From NCBI GenBank assembly GCA_963665295.1, contig OY762209.1:928001-992000 (forward strand): 64,000 nucleotides of DNA, read 5' to 3'. Shown piece by piece: positions 46,878-56,736 of this stretch. A program made the position numbers and the translations under genes. Under the pieces are notes generated by a model that worked only from the letters and a program-made list of their open reading frames with translations, was not told the DNA's origin and ran no database searches. Source of the stretch: Syntrophorhabdaceae bacterium. GTDB lineage: Bacteria > Desulfobacterota > Syntrophorhabdia > Syntrophorhabdales > Syntrophorhabdaceae. The stretch's first letter is position 1. Each line of letters opens with the position of its first letter.

Positions 46878-47710
46878 GGATAAACCCGCGCATAATAGAC
46901 ATGGCCGTCAAGATCGGCCTCAATGGTCAGGCCTTTTTCACGGTAGGCATACTGATTGTCATCGTAGGGGTGATCTTCGTTAAGGGATGTCCCTATGTAA
47001 ACCTCGAATTCATCTTTTCTTCCCCTGAAGATATGGGACGGCACGGGGGAATCTTTTCCTCTATCGTAGGGACCGTCCTTCTCGCGCTTCTTTCCATCGT
47101 TTTCGCCACGCCCCTGGGCGTGGGCACGGCCATATACCTTACGGAGTACACGAAGGAATCGGCCCTTACGAAGATGATCCGCTTCGGCGTGGAATCCCTC
47201 GCAGGCATCCCTTCCATCCTTTACGGCCTTTTCGGTTTCATCTTCTTCGTCATCAAGCTTGGAATGGGCTGGTCGGTCCTGGCGGGCGTCCTCACCTTGA
47301 CGATCATGATATTGCCCACCATCATCAGGACCAGTGAAGAGGCCATAAAGTCGGTGCCGAGGAACCTTCGCATCGTGAGCTACTCTCTGAGCGCCACCAG
47401 ATGGGAGACGGTAACGAAAGTGGTACTGCCTTCCGCGGCGCCGGGCATACTGACAGGCATAATGCTGAGTGTCGGCAGGGCCGTGGGCGAAACGGCGGCA
47501 GTCATATTCACCATGGGAAGCTCGCTTCGGGTCCCCACGTCCCTCATGGATTCGGGGAGGACCATGGCGGTACACTTCTATATTCTCGCAAGGGAAGGTA
47601 TTTCCATGGAAAAGGCCTATGCCACCGCGCTGGTCCTCGTATTGAGCATACTTTTCATCAACGTCATTGCGTATTACATTATGAACAGGGTGATTTCGAG
47701 ATATTCGTGA
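46874..47710 (+). CDS. pstA: Phosphate ABC permease PstA
   Basis: LAGIPSILYG, GRAVGETAA. Confidence 0.93.
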   Translation: MRINPRIIDMAVKIGLNGQAFFTVGILIVIVGVIFVKGCPYVNLEFIFSSPEDMGRHGGIFSSIVGTVLLALLSIVFATPLGVGTAIYLTEYTKESALTKMIRFGVESLAGIPSILYGLFGFIFFVIKLGMGWSVLAGVLTLTIMILPTIIRTSEEAIKSVPRNLRIVSYSLSATRWETVTKVVLPSAAPGILTGIMLSVGRAVGETAAVIFTMGSSLRVPTSLMDSGRTMAVHFYILAREGISMEKAYATALVLVLSILFINVIAYYIMNRVISRYS

Positions 47711-47716
47711 GCGGCC

Positions 47717-48472
47717 ATGGACGTTAAAATAACCATAGAAGAACTGAAAGTCTCCTTCGGGACCAATGAAATCCTGAAAGGCGTGAGCGCGAACGTGTTC
47801 AAGAACCAGATCACGGGCTTCATGGGACCCGCGGGAAGCGGCAAATCCACCCTCATATCCGTGCTCAACAGGATGATCGACTTCGAGGACGGCGCCCGTG
47901 TCCAGGGTAGGGTCTACATCGACGGGGAAGACATCCTCGACGACGGAATAGATGACGTGCAACTGAGGAGGAGGGTCGGTACCGTCTTCGCGGTGCCCAC
48001 GCCACTGCCCCGCTCCATCCATGAAAACGTGGCCTATGGCCCGAGGCTCCAGGGCATAAACGGCAAGGCCGGGCTTATGCGTATCGTGGAACAAAGTTTG
48101 AAGAAGGCATTCCTCTGGGATGAAGTAAAGGACAGGCTCGGCTCGTCGGCCCTCAAACTCTCCGGAGGTCAGCAGCAGAGACTCTGTCTCGCAAGGACAT
48201 TGGCCCTGAAACCCGAGATAATCCTTCTCGACGAGCCGTGTTCAGGCCTCGACCCCATTTCCACGGCAAAGATCGAAGAGGCCCTGGACGAACTCAAGAA
48301 AGAATATACCATCATACTCGTGTCGAACAACACCAAGCAGATCGCCCGCATTACGGACTACGTGTCCTTTTTCTATATGGGGAGCCTCATCGAATACGGC
48401 CCCACGGAGAAGGTATTTACGAACCCCTCCGTCCAGCAGACTGAAGATTACATCCAGGGGAAATTCGGATAA
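47717..48472 (+). CDS. pstB: Phosphate ABC ATPase 1 (degenerate Q- and H-loops)
   Basis: [19 protein letters not shown]; terminal [10 protein letters not shown]. Confidence 0.9.
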   Translation: MDVKITIEELKVSFGTNEILKGVSANVFKNQITGFMGPAGSGKSTLISVLNRMIDFEDGARVQGRVYIDGEDILDDGIDDVQLRRRVGTVFAVPTPLPRSIHENVAYGPRLQGINGKAGLMRIVEQSLKKAFLWDEVKDRLGSSALKLSGGQQQRLCLARTLALKPEIILLDEPCSGLDPISTAKIEEALDELKKEYTIILVSNNTKQIARITDYVSFFYMGSLIEYGPTEKVFTNPSVQQTEDYIQGKFG

Positions 48473-49224
48473 TGAACGGATATGCGTTGGAAACCGCAAA
48501 CCTGAACCTCCATTACGGGAGCTTCCATTCCCTCAAGGATGTGAACTTTCACGTATTCCAAAGATCGATCACCGCTCTCATAGGGCCTTCCGGGTGCGGC
48601 AAATCGACCCTTCTGCGCTGCTTCAACCGGATGAACGACCTCATCGACGACGTGAAGATCGACGGGACCATACTGGTGGAGGGCCAGGATATCGAAGGCG
48701 TCGACATTATCGAGCTTAGAAAGAGGGTGGGCATGGTCTTCCAGAGACCGAACCCCTTCCCTTTTTCCGTATATGAAAACCTGATTTACGGCCTCAAAGT
48801 GCACGGTCTGGGCAACAGAAAACGGAACCACGAGGTGGTGGAGCGGTGCCTCAAGGCGGTGGGCCTGTGGGAAGACCTGAAGGACAAGCTTGCCTCTCCC
48901 GCCCTCGCCCTGTCCGAAGAGATCAAGCAGCGCCTCTGCATTGCCCGGCTCCTCACGGTGGAACCGGAGATCATCCTCCTCGACGAACCGTGCTCGGCCC
49001 TTGATCCCATTGCCACCCTCAGGGTGGAGGAGCTTATGCTCGAACTGAAGAAAGACTACACCATCCTCATCGTGACCCACAATATGCAGCAGGCGGCCAG
49101 GGTTTCCGATTACACGGGATTCATGCTCCTGGGAGACCTCGTGGAGTTCGGTGAGACTTCCCAGATATTCACCTCTCCCCGGGACGTAAGGACGGAAGAT
49201 TACATTACCGGCCGTTTCGGATAG
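48472..49224 (+). CDS. pstB: Phosphate ABC ATPase 2 (degenerate signature)
   Basis: [19 protein letters not shown]; terminal [10 protein letters not shown]. Confidence 0.9.
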   Translation: MNGYALETANLNLHYGSFHSLKDVNFHVFQRSITALIGPSGCGKSTLLRCFNRMNDLIDDVKIDGTILVEGQDIEGVDIIELRKRVGMVFQRPNPFPFSVYENLIYGLKVHGLGNRKRNHEVVERCLKAVGLWEDLKDKLASPALALSEEIKQRLCIARLLTVEPEIILLDEPCSALDPIATLRVEELMLELKKDYTILIVTHNMQQAARVSDYTGFMLLGDLVEFGETSQIFTSPRDVRTEDYITGRFG

Positions 49225-49234
49225 GAGAATCCCC

Positions 49235-50449
49235 ATGGAATTTCTGAAAGCCATCACATCGAAGGAAGCGAGAAGGCTGGTCGATGCCTTTCCCGTGTCG
49301 CCGGAGGCCGAGAGCCTCCCCATGGAAGACGCATACGAGCGGGTTCTCGCGGAAGACATCGTCTCCGCCCAGGACCTTCCCCAGTTTCCAAGGTCCTTGG
49401 TGGACGGGTATGCCCTCAAGGCCAAAGACACTTACGGCGCAAAAGAGACAAACCCCGCCCTCCTCTCCACAAAAGGTGAGGTCCAGGTAGGGGAAAAGAC
49501 GGATATGGTCCTCGAAGAGGGTTCTTCCATATACGTCAATACGGGCTCCATGGTGCCGGAAGGCGCGGACGGCGTGGTGATGCAGGAGTTCGTGCGCCGG
49601 GCCGACGACGAAATAGAGGTCACCCGGAGCATCTCGAAAGGCGAGAACATCTGCTTTCAAGGGGAAGACATACAGGAGGGCTCAAAGGTCCTTTCCAAGG
49701 GCGAAAGGCTCACGCCCTTTCACATGGGCACCCTCGCCGCCCTCGGCGTATCCCGGGTCCCCGTGTTCAAAAAGCCCGTCATAAGCCTTATATCGTCGGG
49801 CAATGAGATCCATGGGATAGAAGGGGAATTGCCTCCCGGAAAGGTGAGGGATATCAACCGCTATACCATTTCAGGTCTCCTTAAGCGACAGGGCGCCCTC
49901 GTTTCCTTCGAGGGTGTAGCCCGGGACGATCCCGCGGAGATCACCTCGAAACTCCTCGCCTCCAGGGAATCCTGCATGATCCTCATTTCCGGGGGAAGCT
50001 CGAAAGGGGAGAGGGATTTTGTGAGCGACTCCATAACGGGCCTCGGGGGGACCATCCTGTTCCACGGGGTCAACATCAAGCCCGGAAAACCGACCATATT
50101 CGCGGAATTGTGGCAGAAACCCGTGTTCGGCCTTCCCGGTCACCCGGCATCCTGCGCCCTCGCCGCTATCCGGTTTGTCCTGCCCCTCACGGCAAGACTC
50201 ACGGGGGAGACCTCCTGCCGCCAAAACAGGGTGACGGCAACGCTCACCACCAACGCGCCTTCATCCTACGGCGTGGAGGAGTACGTGAGGGTAAGTTTGA
50301 AAGAAGAACCCGGCCGGTGGTCCGCAACCCCCGTTTTTTCAAAATCAGCAATCATTTCCTCCCTTTCCGCCGCTTCAGGGTACGTCGTTATCCCCGAGGG
50401 CAGCGAAGGGTTGGAGAGAGGCGAGCAAGTGGAGGTATATCTCTTTTGA
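49235..50449 (+). CDS. moeA: Molybdopterin molybdotransferase MoeA
   Basis: SLVDGYA, SSGNE, SGGSSKG, KPGKP, GLPGHP. Confidence 0.93.
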   Translation: MEFLKAITSKEARRLVDAFPVSPEAESLPMEDAYERVLAEDIVSAQDLPQFPRSLVDGYALKAKDTYGAKETNPALLSTKGEVQVGEKTDMVLEEGSSIYVNTGSMVPEGADGVVMQEFVRRADDEIEVTRSISKGENICFQGEDIQEGSKVLSKGERLTPFHMGTLAALGVSRVPVFKKPVISLISSGNEIHGIEGELPPGKVRDINRYTISGLLKRQGALVSFEGVARDDPAEITSKLLASRESCMILISGGSSKGERDFVSDSITGLGGTILFHGVNIKPGKPTIFAELWQKPVFGLPGHPASCALAAIRFVLPLTARLTGETSCRQNRVTATLTTNAPSSYGVEEYVRVSLKEEPGRWSATPVFSKSAIISSLSAASGYVVIPEGSEGLERGEQVEVYLF

Positions 50450-52371
50450 CCAGGCGATACCTTCAGACCATAACGAGAGACGAAGCGGTAAGGCGGGTCC
50501 TCGAACACGCCGTGCCCATGGAAAGTGAGGAGTACCTGCCCACCCATCAGTGCCGCGGCAGGATCACCACGAAGCCCGTGTACGCCCTCCAGTCCAACCC
50601 GCCCTTCATATGTTCGGCCATGGACGGGTATGCAGTCGATTTCGAGGTGACCCTCAAAGCCGACGTGACCCGACCCGTGACCCTTGCCAAAGGGGCGCAG
50701 GCCTTTCCCGTGAACACGGGGGACCCCATACCTCCCCGGACCAACGCGGTTATCATGAGAGAGGACGTGGAGGAGTCGGGGGCCGGGATCAGCATCAGAA
50801 AGCCCGTCTACCTGTGGCAGAACGTAAGAATGGTAGGCGAGGACGTGATCGAAGGGGACATGCTCGTGCCCACCAACCATCGGATCAGGGCTTTCGATGT
50901 GGGAATGCTCCTTTCGAGCGGGGTGAAAGCCCTCTTCGTGAAGAAGAGGCCGTCATGCCTCATCGTCCCCACAGGCAAGGAACTGGTGGACCCCTACGCG
51001 GAGACGGAGGCCGGGGGCCCCGGTAACCGCCTCATCGATTTCAACTCCTACACCCTTCTCGTGCTTGCGGAAGAGATGGGGTTCAACGCCACCCAGTCCG
51101 GAATAATCTTCACGAAGAGGGACCTTCTGGCCCTCGTGGAAAGGGCGGCGAAGGATTACGACGTAGTCCTCGTGAACGCGGGATCGAGCGCGGGAAGCGA
51201 AGATTACACGGAGGACGTGATCAGGGAACTCGGGGAACTTGTCTTCCACGGCATCTCCATGATGCCCGGCAAACCCGTGATGTTCGGCGTGGTAAAAGGC
51301 ACCCCCGTGTTCGGGATACCTGGCTATCCCGTGTCCGCAGTCATCAGCTTCAAGGCCCTCCTGGAACCTCTTTACGAGAGGCTTTCCAATACGGTGTTCC
51401 TGAAAAGGCAGATAAAATGCATGACCCCTTACAAGATCCCCTCCCGTATCGGGGTTGAAGAGATACTGAGGGTCAATCTCATAAGGGAAAAAGGGGTTTG
51501 TCACGTGTTCCCCCTGCCGAGAGGGGCGAGCATATTCTCGTCCATGGCGCGGGCCGACGGGCTCATCACCATCCCGGAGCACGTGGAGGGTTACGATGAA
51601 GGCGAGGAAATCGTCTCGGACCTCATGGTGCAGGAGGATGCGCTGGAAAAGCGGATCCACATCGTGGGCAGCCATGACCTGTGCCTCGATATCCTGAGGG
51701 ATATGACAAAACGACAATATCCCGACACGGACCTCATATCGACCCACGTGGGGAGCTTGAGCGGCATCATGGCGGTCAGGAAGGGCATTGCCCACCTTTG
51801 CACGACCCACATTCTCGACGGGAACGAAAAGGTGTACAACATCCCCGCCCTGCTGAAATATCTTCCCTCGAGGTCCTGGGTCCTCGTGCATATTGCGAAG
51901 CGCACGCAGGGACTTCTGGTGAAAAAGGGAAACCCCAAGAAAATCAAAGACGTGACAGACCTTCAGAGAAATGATATACTATTTGTGAACAGGCAGGCCG
52001 GCTCCGGCACGAGGATTCTTCTGGACACCCTCTTAAAAGAAAAGGGCATCAGAAAAGAATCGATCCGGGGTTACGACCGGGAAGAATCGACACATACTGC
52101 CGTGGGCGTACTGATTAAGGAAGGCATTGCTGACGTTGGTATAGCTATCTATTCTATATCGCAACTCTTTTCCCTCGATTGCATTCCCTTGATGGAAGAA
52201 GACTACGACCTGCTCGTCACCGGAGAGTTTATGGAGAACCCCAAGTTCACGCGCCTCATGGAGTTGATCCGGTCACAGGAATTTAAGGACCGCCTCGACA
52301 AGATCGGCGGGTACAACACCGGGGCTACCGGAACGATAAAGTACGTACACGAGCAGGCTGCGGGCGTCTGA
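50446..52371 (+). CDS. MoeA fused to a PBP/LysR-type oxyanion-binding domain
   Basis: TTG start overlapping the moeA stop with RBS GGAGG; SAMDGYA, PGKP; C-terminal GSHD...GSLSG...NRQAGSGTR. Confidence 0.9.
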   Translation: MTRRYLQTITRDEAVRRVLEHAVPMESEEYLPTHQCRGRITTKPVYALQSNPPFICSAMDGYAVDFEVTLKADVTRPVTLAKGAQAFPVNTGDPIPPRTNAVIMREDVEESGAGISIRKPVYLWQNVRMVGEDVIEGDMLVPTNHRIRAFDVGMLLSSGVKALFVKKRPSCLIVPTGKELVDPYAETEAGGPGNRLIDFNSYTLLVLAEEMGFNATQSGIIFTKRDLLALVERAAKDYDVVLVNAGSSAGSEDYTEDVIRELGELVFHGISMMPGKPVMFGVVKGTPVFGIPGYPVSAVISFKALLEPLYERLSNTVFLKRQIKCMTPYKIPSRIGVEEILRVNLIREKGVCHVFPLPRGASIFSSMARADGLITIPEHVEGYDEGEEIVSDLMVQEDALEKRIHIVGSHDLCLDILRDMTKRQYPDTDLISTHVGSLSGIMAVRKGIAHLCTTHILDGNEKVYNIPALLKYLPSRSWVLVHIAKRTQGLLVKKGNPKKIKDVTDLQRNDILFVNRQAGSGTRILLDTLLKEKGIRKESIRGYDREESTHTAVGVLIKEGIADVGIAIYSISQLFSLDCIPLMEEDYDLLVTGEFMENPKFTRLMELIRSQEFKDRLDKIGGYNTGATGTIKYVHEQAAGV

Positions 52372-52451
52372 TGGGCGTCGCCTGAAGGGGAAAACATCCC
52401 CCGTCGGGGCTCTTCCCGCCGGCTTCTCACGTATTCATAGGAGTAAACACC

Positions 52452-53426
52452 ATGTTGATGGACCGATTTGATCGGGTGATAGACTATATACGGATCTCCG
52501 TGACAGACAGATGCAACTTAAGGTGCAGGTACTGCGTGGACGGCCAATTGCCCTTTATCGCCCATGAAGAGATTTTGAGATACGAGGAGATCATCAGGTT
52601 CGTGCGCATATGCGCGGGACTCAAGGTAAACAAAATCAGGATTACCGGCGGCGAACCCCTTGCGAGAAGGGGCATTCCTTTTTTAATAAAGGAAATCAAT
52701 GCCATTCCCGGGATAGAGGACATCGGTCTCACTACGAACGGGGTGCTCCTCGGGGACCAGATAACCGCCTTGAAGGAAGCGGGGCTCAAGAGGGTCAATA
52801 TTAGCCTCGACACCATGAAGAAGGACCGCTTCGCTTATATTACCGGGGTCGACGCCTTTGACGCCGTGCTGAAAAGCATCAAGATGTCGGTCAAAGCGGG
52901 GCTCTCCCCTGTGAAGATCAACACGGTGATTATCCAGGGCTTTAACGAGGATGAAATTCTCAGCTTCGCAAAACTCGCGAAGACCCGGAACGTGGAGGTC
53001 CGTTTCATCGAATTCATGCCTTTCGGCGACTTCGCCCTCTGGCAGGACTCGAAGATCATCACGTCCCAGGAGATAGAAGACCTTATACGCACCAAATACA
53101 CCCTCGAACCATCCTCGAACACCCACAATGGGCCCGCAAGGATGTTCGATATAAAAGGCGGCATAGGGCGGATCGGCTTCATCAGCCCCGTCTCCACCCA
53201 TATATGTAACCGGTGCAACAGGATCCGCCTCACTGCCCAGGGCACCATAAGACCGTGCCTCTTTTCGGATGAGGAGTACGATGTGAAAACCATGCTCCGG
53301 GGAGGGGCATCGGACGAGGAGATACGGGATTTCGTGAGGGAAGTGGTGAAGGCGAAGCCGGAAAGGAAGGCCGAAATGGGCCAGATACGGAAGTGTCAGA
53401 GAAACCTGCGGAGCATCGGGGGATAA
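52452..53426 (+). CDS. moaA: GTP 3',8-cyclase MoaA
   Basis: RISVTDRCNLRCRYC, CNRCNRIRL...PCL, terminal IGG. Confidence 0.96.
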   Translation: MLMDRFDRVIDYIRISVTDRCNLRCRYCVDGQLPFIAHEEILRYEEIIRFVRICAGLKVNKIRITGGEPLARRGIPFLIKEINAIPGIEDIGLTTNGVLLGDQITALKEAGLKRVNISLDTMKKDRFAYITGVDAFDAVLKSIKMSVKAGLSPVKINTVIIQGFNEDEILSFAKLAKTRNVEVRFIEFMPFGDFALWQDSKIITSQEIEDLIRTKYTLEPSSNTHNGPARMFDIKGGIGRIGFISPVSTHICNRCNRIRLTAQGTIRPCLFSDEEYDVKTMLRGGASDEEIRDFVREVVKAKPERKAEMGQIRKCQRNLRSIGG

Positions 53427-53461
53427 AGAGGACCGGTGAACGCCGAGAGAGGGGAGCATAG

Positions 53462-53935
53462 ATGGAACTGACTCACATTGACAAAGACGGCAAGGCCCGC
53501 ATGGTGGATGTCTCCGGCAAGGAGGAGACGCAAAGGGAAGCGAAGGCCGCGGGAAAGGTAAAGATGGCGAAAAGCACCTACGAGCTGGTCCGGACGGGCC
53601 AGGGGCCGAAGGGCGACATATTCACCGTGGCCAAGGTAGCGGGCATCATGGGCGCGAAAAGGACCCACGATCTCATACCCCTGTGCCATCCCCTCGGGCT
53701 CACCCATATAGACGTGAGCTTTGACTTCGATGACGAGGCAAGTACGGTGCATATCACCTCCACGGTGAAGACCAGGGGACAGACGGGCGTCGAGATGGAG
53801 GCCCTTACCTGCGCCATGGTTACCGCCCTTACTGTGTACGACATGTGCAAGGCCGTGGACAAAGGCATAGAATTGGGACCCTTCTTCCTCCTTGAAAAGA
53901 GCGGAGGGAAAAGCGGCAGGTACGAAAGATCATGA
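53462..53935 (+). CDS. moaC: Cyclic pyranopterin monophosphate synthase MoaC
   Basis: MVDVSGK, LIPLCHP, TGVEMEAL, YDMCKAVD. Confidence 0.96.
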   Translation: MELTHIDKDGKARMVDVSGKEETQREAKAAGKVKMAKSTYELVRTGQGPKGDIFTVAKVAGIMGAKRTHDLIPLCHPLGLTHIDVSFDFDDEASTVHITSTVKTRGQTGVEMEALTCAMVTALTVYDMCKAVDKGIELGPFFLLEKSGGKSGRYERS

Positions 53936-53975
53936 TGGGCGGCGTCACCATATCAGCAGGAAGCGAGGTAAGAAG

Positions 53976-54413
53976 ATGAAAGGAAAAGTCATATCCGTCA
54001 ATATCAGCGAGAAGAAAGGCGAGAAGAAGCACAATATAGGCAAAGCGAAGGTCATCAAGGCCTTCGGCCTCGAGAACGACGCCCACGGAGGCTTCATGCA
54101 CAGGCAGATAAGCCTTCTTTCCCGGGCAAGCATCGAGAAGATGCGCGAGAAGGGCGCTGATGTGGACTGCGGGGATTTCGCCGAGAACCTCACCATAGAA
54201 GGGATCGATCTCCCTGCCCTGCCTATAGGCACGGTGCTCACCGTCGGGAACGGCCTGAAGGTCAGGGTGACTCAGATCGGCAAGGAGTGTCACAGCAGGT
54301 GCGCCATATTCGAGCAGGTGGGCGACTGTGTGATGCCGAGAGAGGGCATATTCGTGGAAGTGCTCTCCGACGGCGAGGTCGCGGTGGGGGACTCCATAGA
54401 GGTGCTCCCATGA
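53976..54413 (+). CDS. MOSC domain protein
   Basis: GDFAENLT, TQIGKECH, CVMPREGIF; start MKGKVI. Confidence 0.9.
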   Translation: MKGKVISVNISEKKGEKKHNIGKAKVIKAFGLENDAHGGFMHRQISLLSRASIEKMREKGADVDCGDFAENLTIEGIDLPALPIGTVLTVGNGLKVRVTQIGKECHSRCAIFEQVGDCVMPREGIFVEVLSDGEVAVGDSIEVLP

Positions 54414-54898
54414 CATACAAGGCCGCCGTCATAACGGTAAGCGATAAAGGTTCTGTGGGCCAGAGGGTGGACAAGAGCGGACCCGCCCTCAAAGAGATGC
54501 TCGAGAAGACCTTCGACGTAACGGGCATCACCATCGTCCCCGACGAAGCGCCCATCATCGCCCGAACTATCGTGGAAATGATCGACACCCGGGGCATAGA
54601 CCTCGTGGTCACCACAGGCGGCACCGGGGTGAGCGTTCGGGATGTAACGCCCGAGGCCACACGTACCGTCATAGACCGCGAACTACCAGGTTTCGGGGAA
54701 GTCATGCGCATGGAAAGCTACAGGATCACCCCCCACAGCATCATCTCGCGGGCCATGGCCGGCATCCGGAAGGAGAGCCTCATAATCAATCTTCCCGGGA
54801 GCCCGAAGGCGGCCGTGGAATGCCTCGGCTTCGTCTTCGGCGCCATACCCCACGCCCTTTCAAAGATGAAAGGCGACCCGGCCGACTGCGGCTCCTGA
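54410..54898 (+). CDS. mogA: Molybdopterin adenylyltransferase (MogA/MoaB family)
   Basis: ITVSDK, TTGGTG...RDVTPEA, NLPGSPKA; ATGA overlap. Confidence 0.88.
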   Translation: MTYKAAVITVSDKGSVGQRVDKSGPALKEMLEKTFDVTGITIVPDEAPIIARTIVEMIDTRGIDLVVTTGGTGVSVRDVTPEATRTVIDRELPGFGEVMRMESYRITPHSIISRAMAGIRKESLIINLPGSPKAAVECLGFVFGAIPHALSKMKGDPADCGS

Positions 54899-54941
54899 TA
54901 CAACTATTGTATAAGGGTTTCGAATGGCTTGGGACGGGAAA

Positions 54942-55757
54942 TCAGCCCGTCAGATCGTCCATAATAACCTTGAACTCTCCCTGCGAATCCTGGAAGGCAT
55001 CAACGATCGTGGGGTCGAATTGCGCTTTAGCGCCCTTTGAGATAATCTCGACGGTCCTTTCATGGGAAAACGGCGGTTTGTACGGCCTTTCCGACCTCAG
55101 CGCGTCGTATGCATCGGCAACCGCCATTATGCGGGCGCACAAAGGGATATCCTCTCCCACCATCCCCGTGGGGTAACCGCTTCCGTCCCACTTTTCGTGG
55201 TGATAGCGGGCAATGGCGATACCCATCCGGACAAACTCGTTCCGAGGATACTGCTCGTGGACTGCCTGGAGGGTCTCGGAGCCGAGGACCGTGTGCCTTT
55301 TCATGGCCTCGAACTCCCTTGCCGTAAGCTTCGCGGGCTTCAGCAGGATGTCGTCCCTGATGGCTACTTTTCCGATATCATGGAGAGGGCTCGCATGATA
55401 GATATTCAGGACGAAGGTGTCATCTATCCTGGCGCTGTAAGGCGTGTTGCACCTGAGTCTTTCCGCGAGGATACCACAGAACCGGCGGACCCGCTCCAGA
55501 TGCGCCCCCGTACACTTGTCCCGCGATTCGGCGAGCTTGGCCAGGGCGAAGATCATCGCCATCTGGGAATTACTGATTTCCTTGACCTGTGCCTGGACCC
55601 TGTCGAGAAGGTCCGCCTCCACGTCATCCGAATGTTCCGTGGTCACCTCGATGATCAACTCGAGGTCGGCGTTTTTCCGGCTCAGTTCGTCGACCTTTTT
55701 GCGAAACTCCGCTATCTCCTGAAGCAGGATATGCTCGGGAACCGTTACCGTGTCCAT
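54942..55757 (-). CDS. HD-GYP phosphodiesterase with an N-terminal coiled coil (no REC domain)
   Basis: HDIGK, HHEKWDGSGYP, RPYK; start moved to MDTVTV. Confidence 0.9.
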   Translation of the reverse strand: MDTVTVPEHILLQEIAEFRKKVDELSRKNADLELIIEVTTEHSDDVEADLLDRVQAQVKEISNSQMAMIFALAKLAESRDKCTGAHLERVRRFCGILAERLRCNTPYSARIDDTFVLNIYHASPLHDIGKVAIRDDILLKPAKLTAREFEAMKRHTVLGSETLQAVHEQYPRNEFVRMGIAIARYHHEKWDGSGYPTGMVGEDIPLCARIMAVADAYDALRSERPYKPPFSHERTVEIISKGAKAQFDPTIVDAFQDSQGEFKVIMDDLTG

Positions 55758-56101
55758 CACTCCAGTTCCAGCGTAAGTTCGGGCATGAGTCTCTGCAGGT
55801 TCTTCAGTGATTTCCCCTGCCAGGAGAACAGGGAGGAACCCTGGACAACGAGACCGCTCTCCTTCAGATCCCGCACCTTGATCACGAACTTGGAAAGCGT
55901 GTTTATGCCGGAACTGTTCAGGAACTTCAGGTCTCTTACGTTCAACGTTATGGCGGGCGGCCTCTCTTCGACCACGCCGTTCAGCAGTTCCAGGATCGGA
56001 GCGTATTCCGTCGGACCATAGAGTCGGAGCGAACCGCTGCACGTGAGCGTGGCGGTGCCGGAGTCATAATTTATGTCGTAATTGTCGCCGTGAATTTCCA
56101 T
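55757..56101 (-). CDS. STAS-like anti-anti-sigma-type regulator (slr1659-like)
   Basis: GSLRL...LKFLNSSGINTLSKFVI...WQGKSLKNLQRL. Confidence 0.8.
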   Translation of the reverse strand: MEIHGDNYDINYDSGTATLTCSGSLRLYGPTEYAPILELLNGVVEERPPAITLNVRDLKFLNSSGINTLSKFVIKVRDLKESGLVVQGSSLFSWQGKSLKNLQRLMPELTLELE

Positions 56102-56138
56102 GCCGGATACCCCCATGTTTCATTACTGCTTCTTGCCT

Positions 56139-56714
56139 TCATTTCTCTACCCTTACTATGGGAAGACGCACCATCGTCGTAACCACGACGGTTTCATCCT
56201 CACCTTTGAGCGCCTGGAATTTCCATGCCAGCTTTGCCTTGTAGTCATTCATTATGGTAAGCAATCCCAGTTTGGACTGCTCCGAAACGGTATCTTCAAG
56301 ATGACGCATGTAGAGCTTATCGGCGTCTTCTGAGAGAACCTTACCGATATACTCCTGAAAAAGGGCCGCGTGGGGATGTGTGACGCTGTTGGTCACGCAA
56401 AACCTCAGCTCGTTGCCGTCCAGATAAAGACCGATGGTAATAGGGAGGCGTGATGCCGTATTCGCGAACTTGATGGCGTTTTCAAGCATCTCGTTCGAGA
56501 TAAAACTGACGGCATCCTTGATTTCAGCACGATCGGCCTGTCCGGGACCTTCCAGGACAGGAAAGAAGGTGCCCCAGTAATCGGCGAGAAACTCCGCGGA
56601 AAAGCTGTTGTTCCGCCACCGGCGTTGAATCGGGATCGATCCGGGCGAAAAGCTGATCACGAGGTACTCGGCGCACTCGTTCTCGACGAATTCCCCGAAT
56701 ATCTGCGTCGCCAT
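56139..56714 (-). CDS. GHKL/anti-sigma-type Ser/Thr kinase-like regulator (slr1658-like)
   Basis: RWRNNSFSAEFLADY, N-box NEMLENAIKF, SKLGLLTI. Confidence 0.78.
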   Translation of the reverse strand: MATQIFGEFVENECAEYLVISFSPGSIPIQRRWRNNSFSAEFLADYWGTFFPVLEGPGQADRAEIKDAVSFISNEMLENAIKFANTASRLPITIGLYLDGNELRFCVTNSVTHPHAALFQEYIGKVLSEDADKLYMRHLEDTVSEQSKLGLLTIMNDYKAKLAWKFQALKGEDETVVVTTMVRLPIVRVEK

Positions 56715-56736
56715 GTTATTCTGTCCCCCACCCGGC

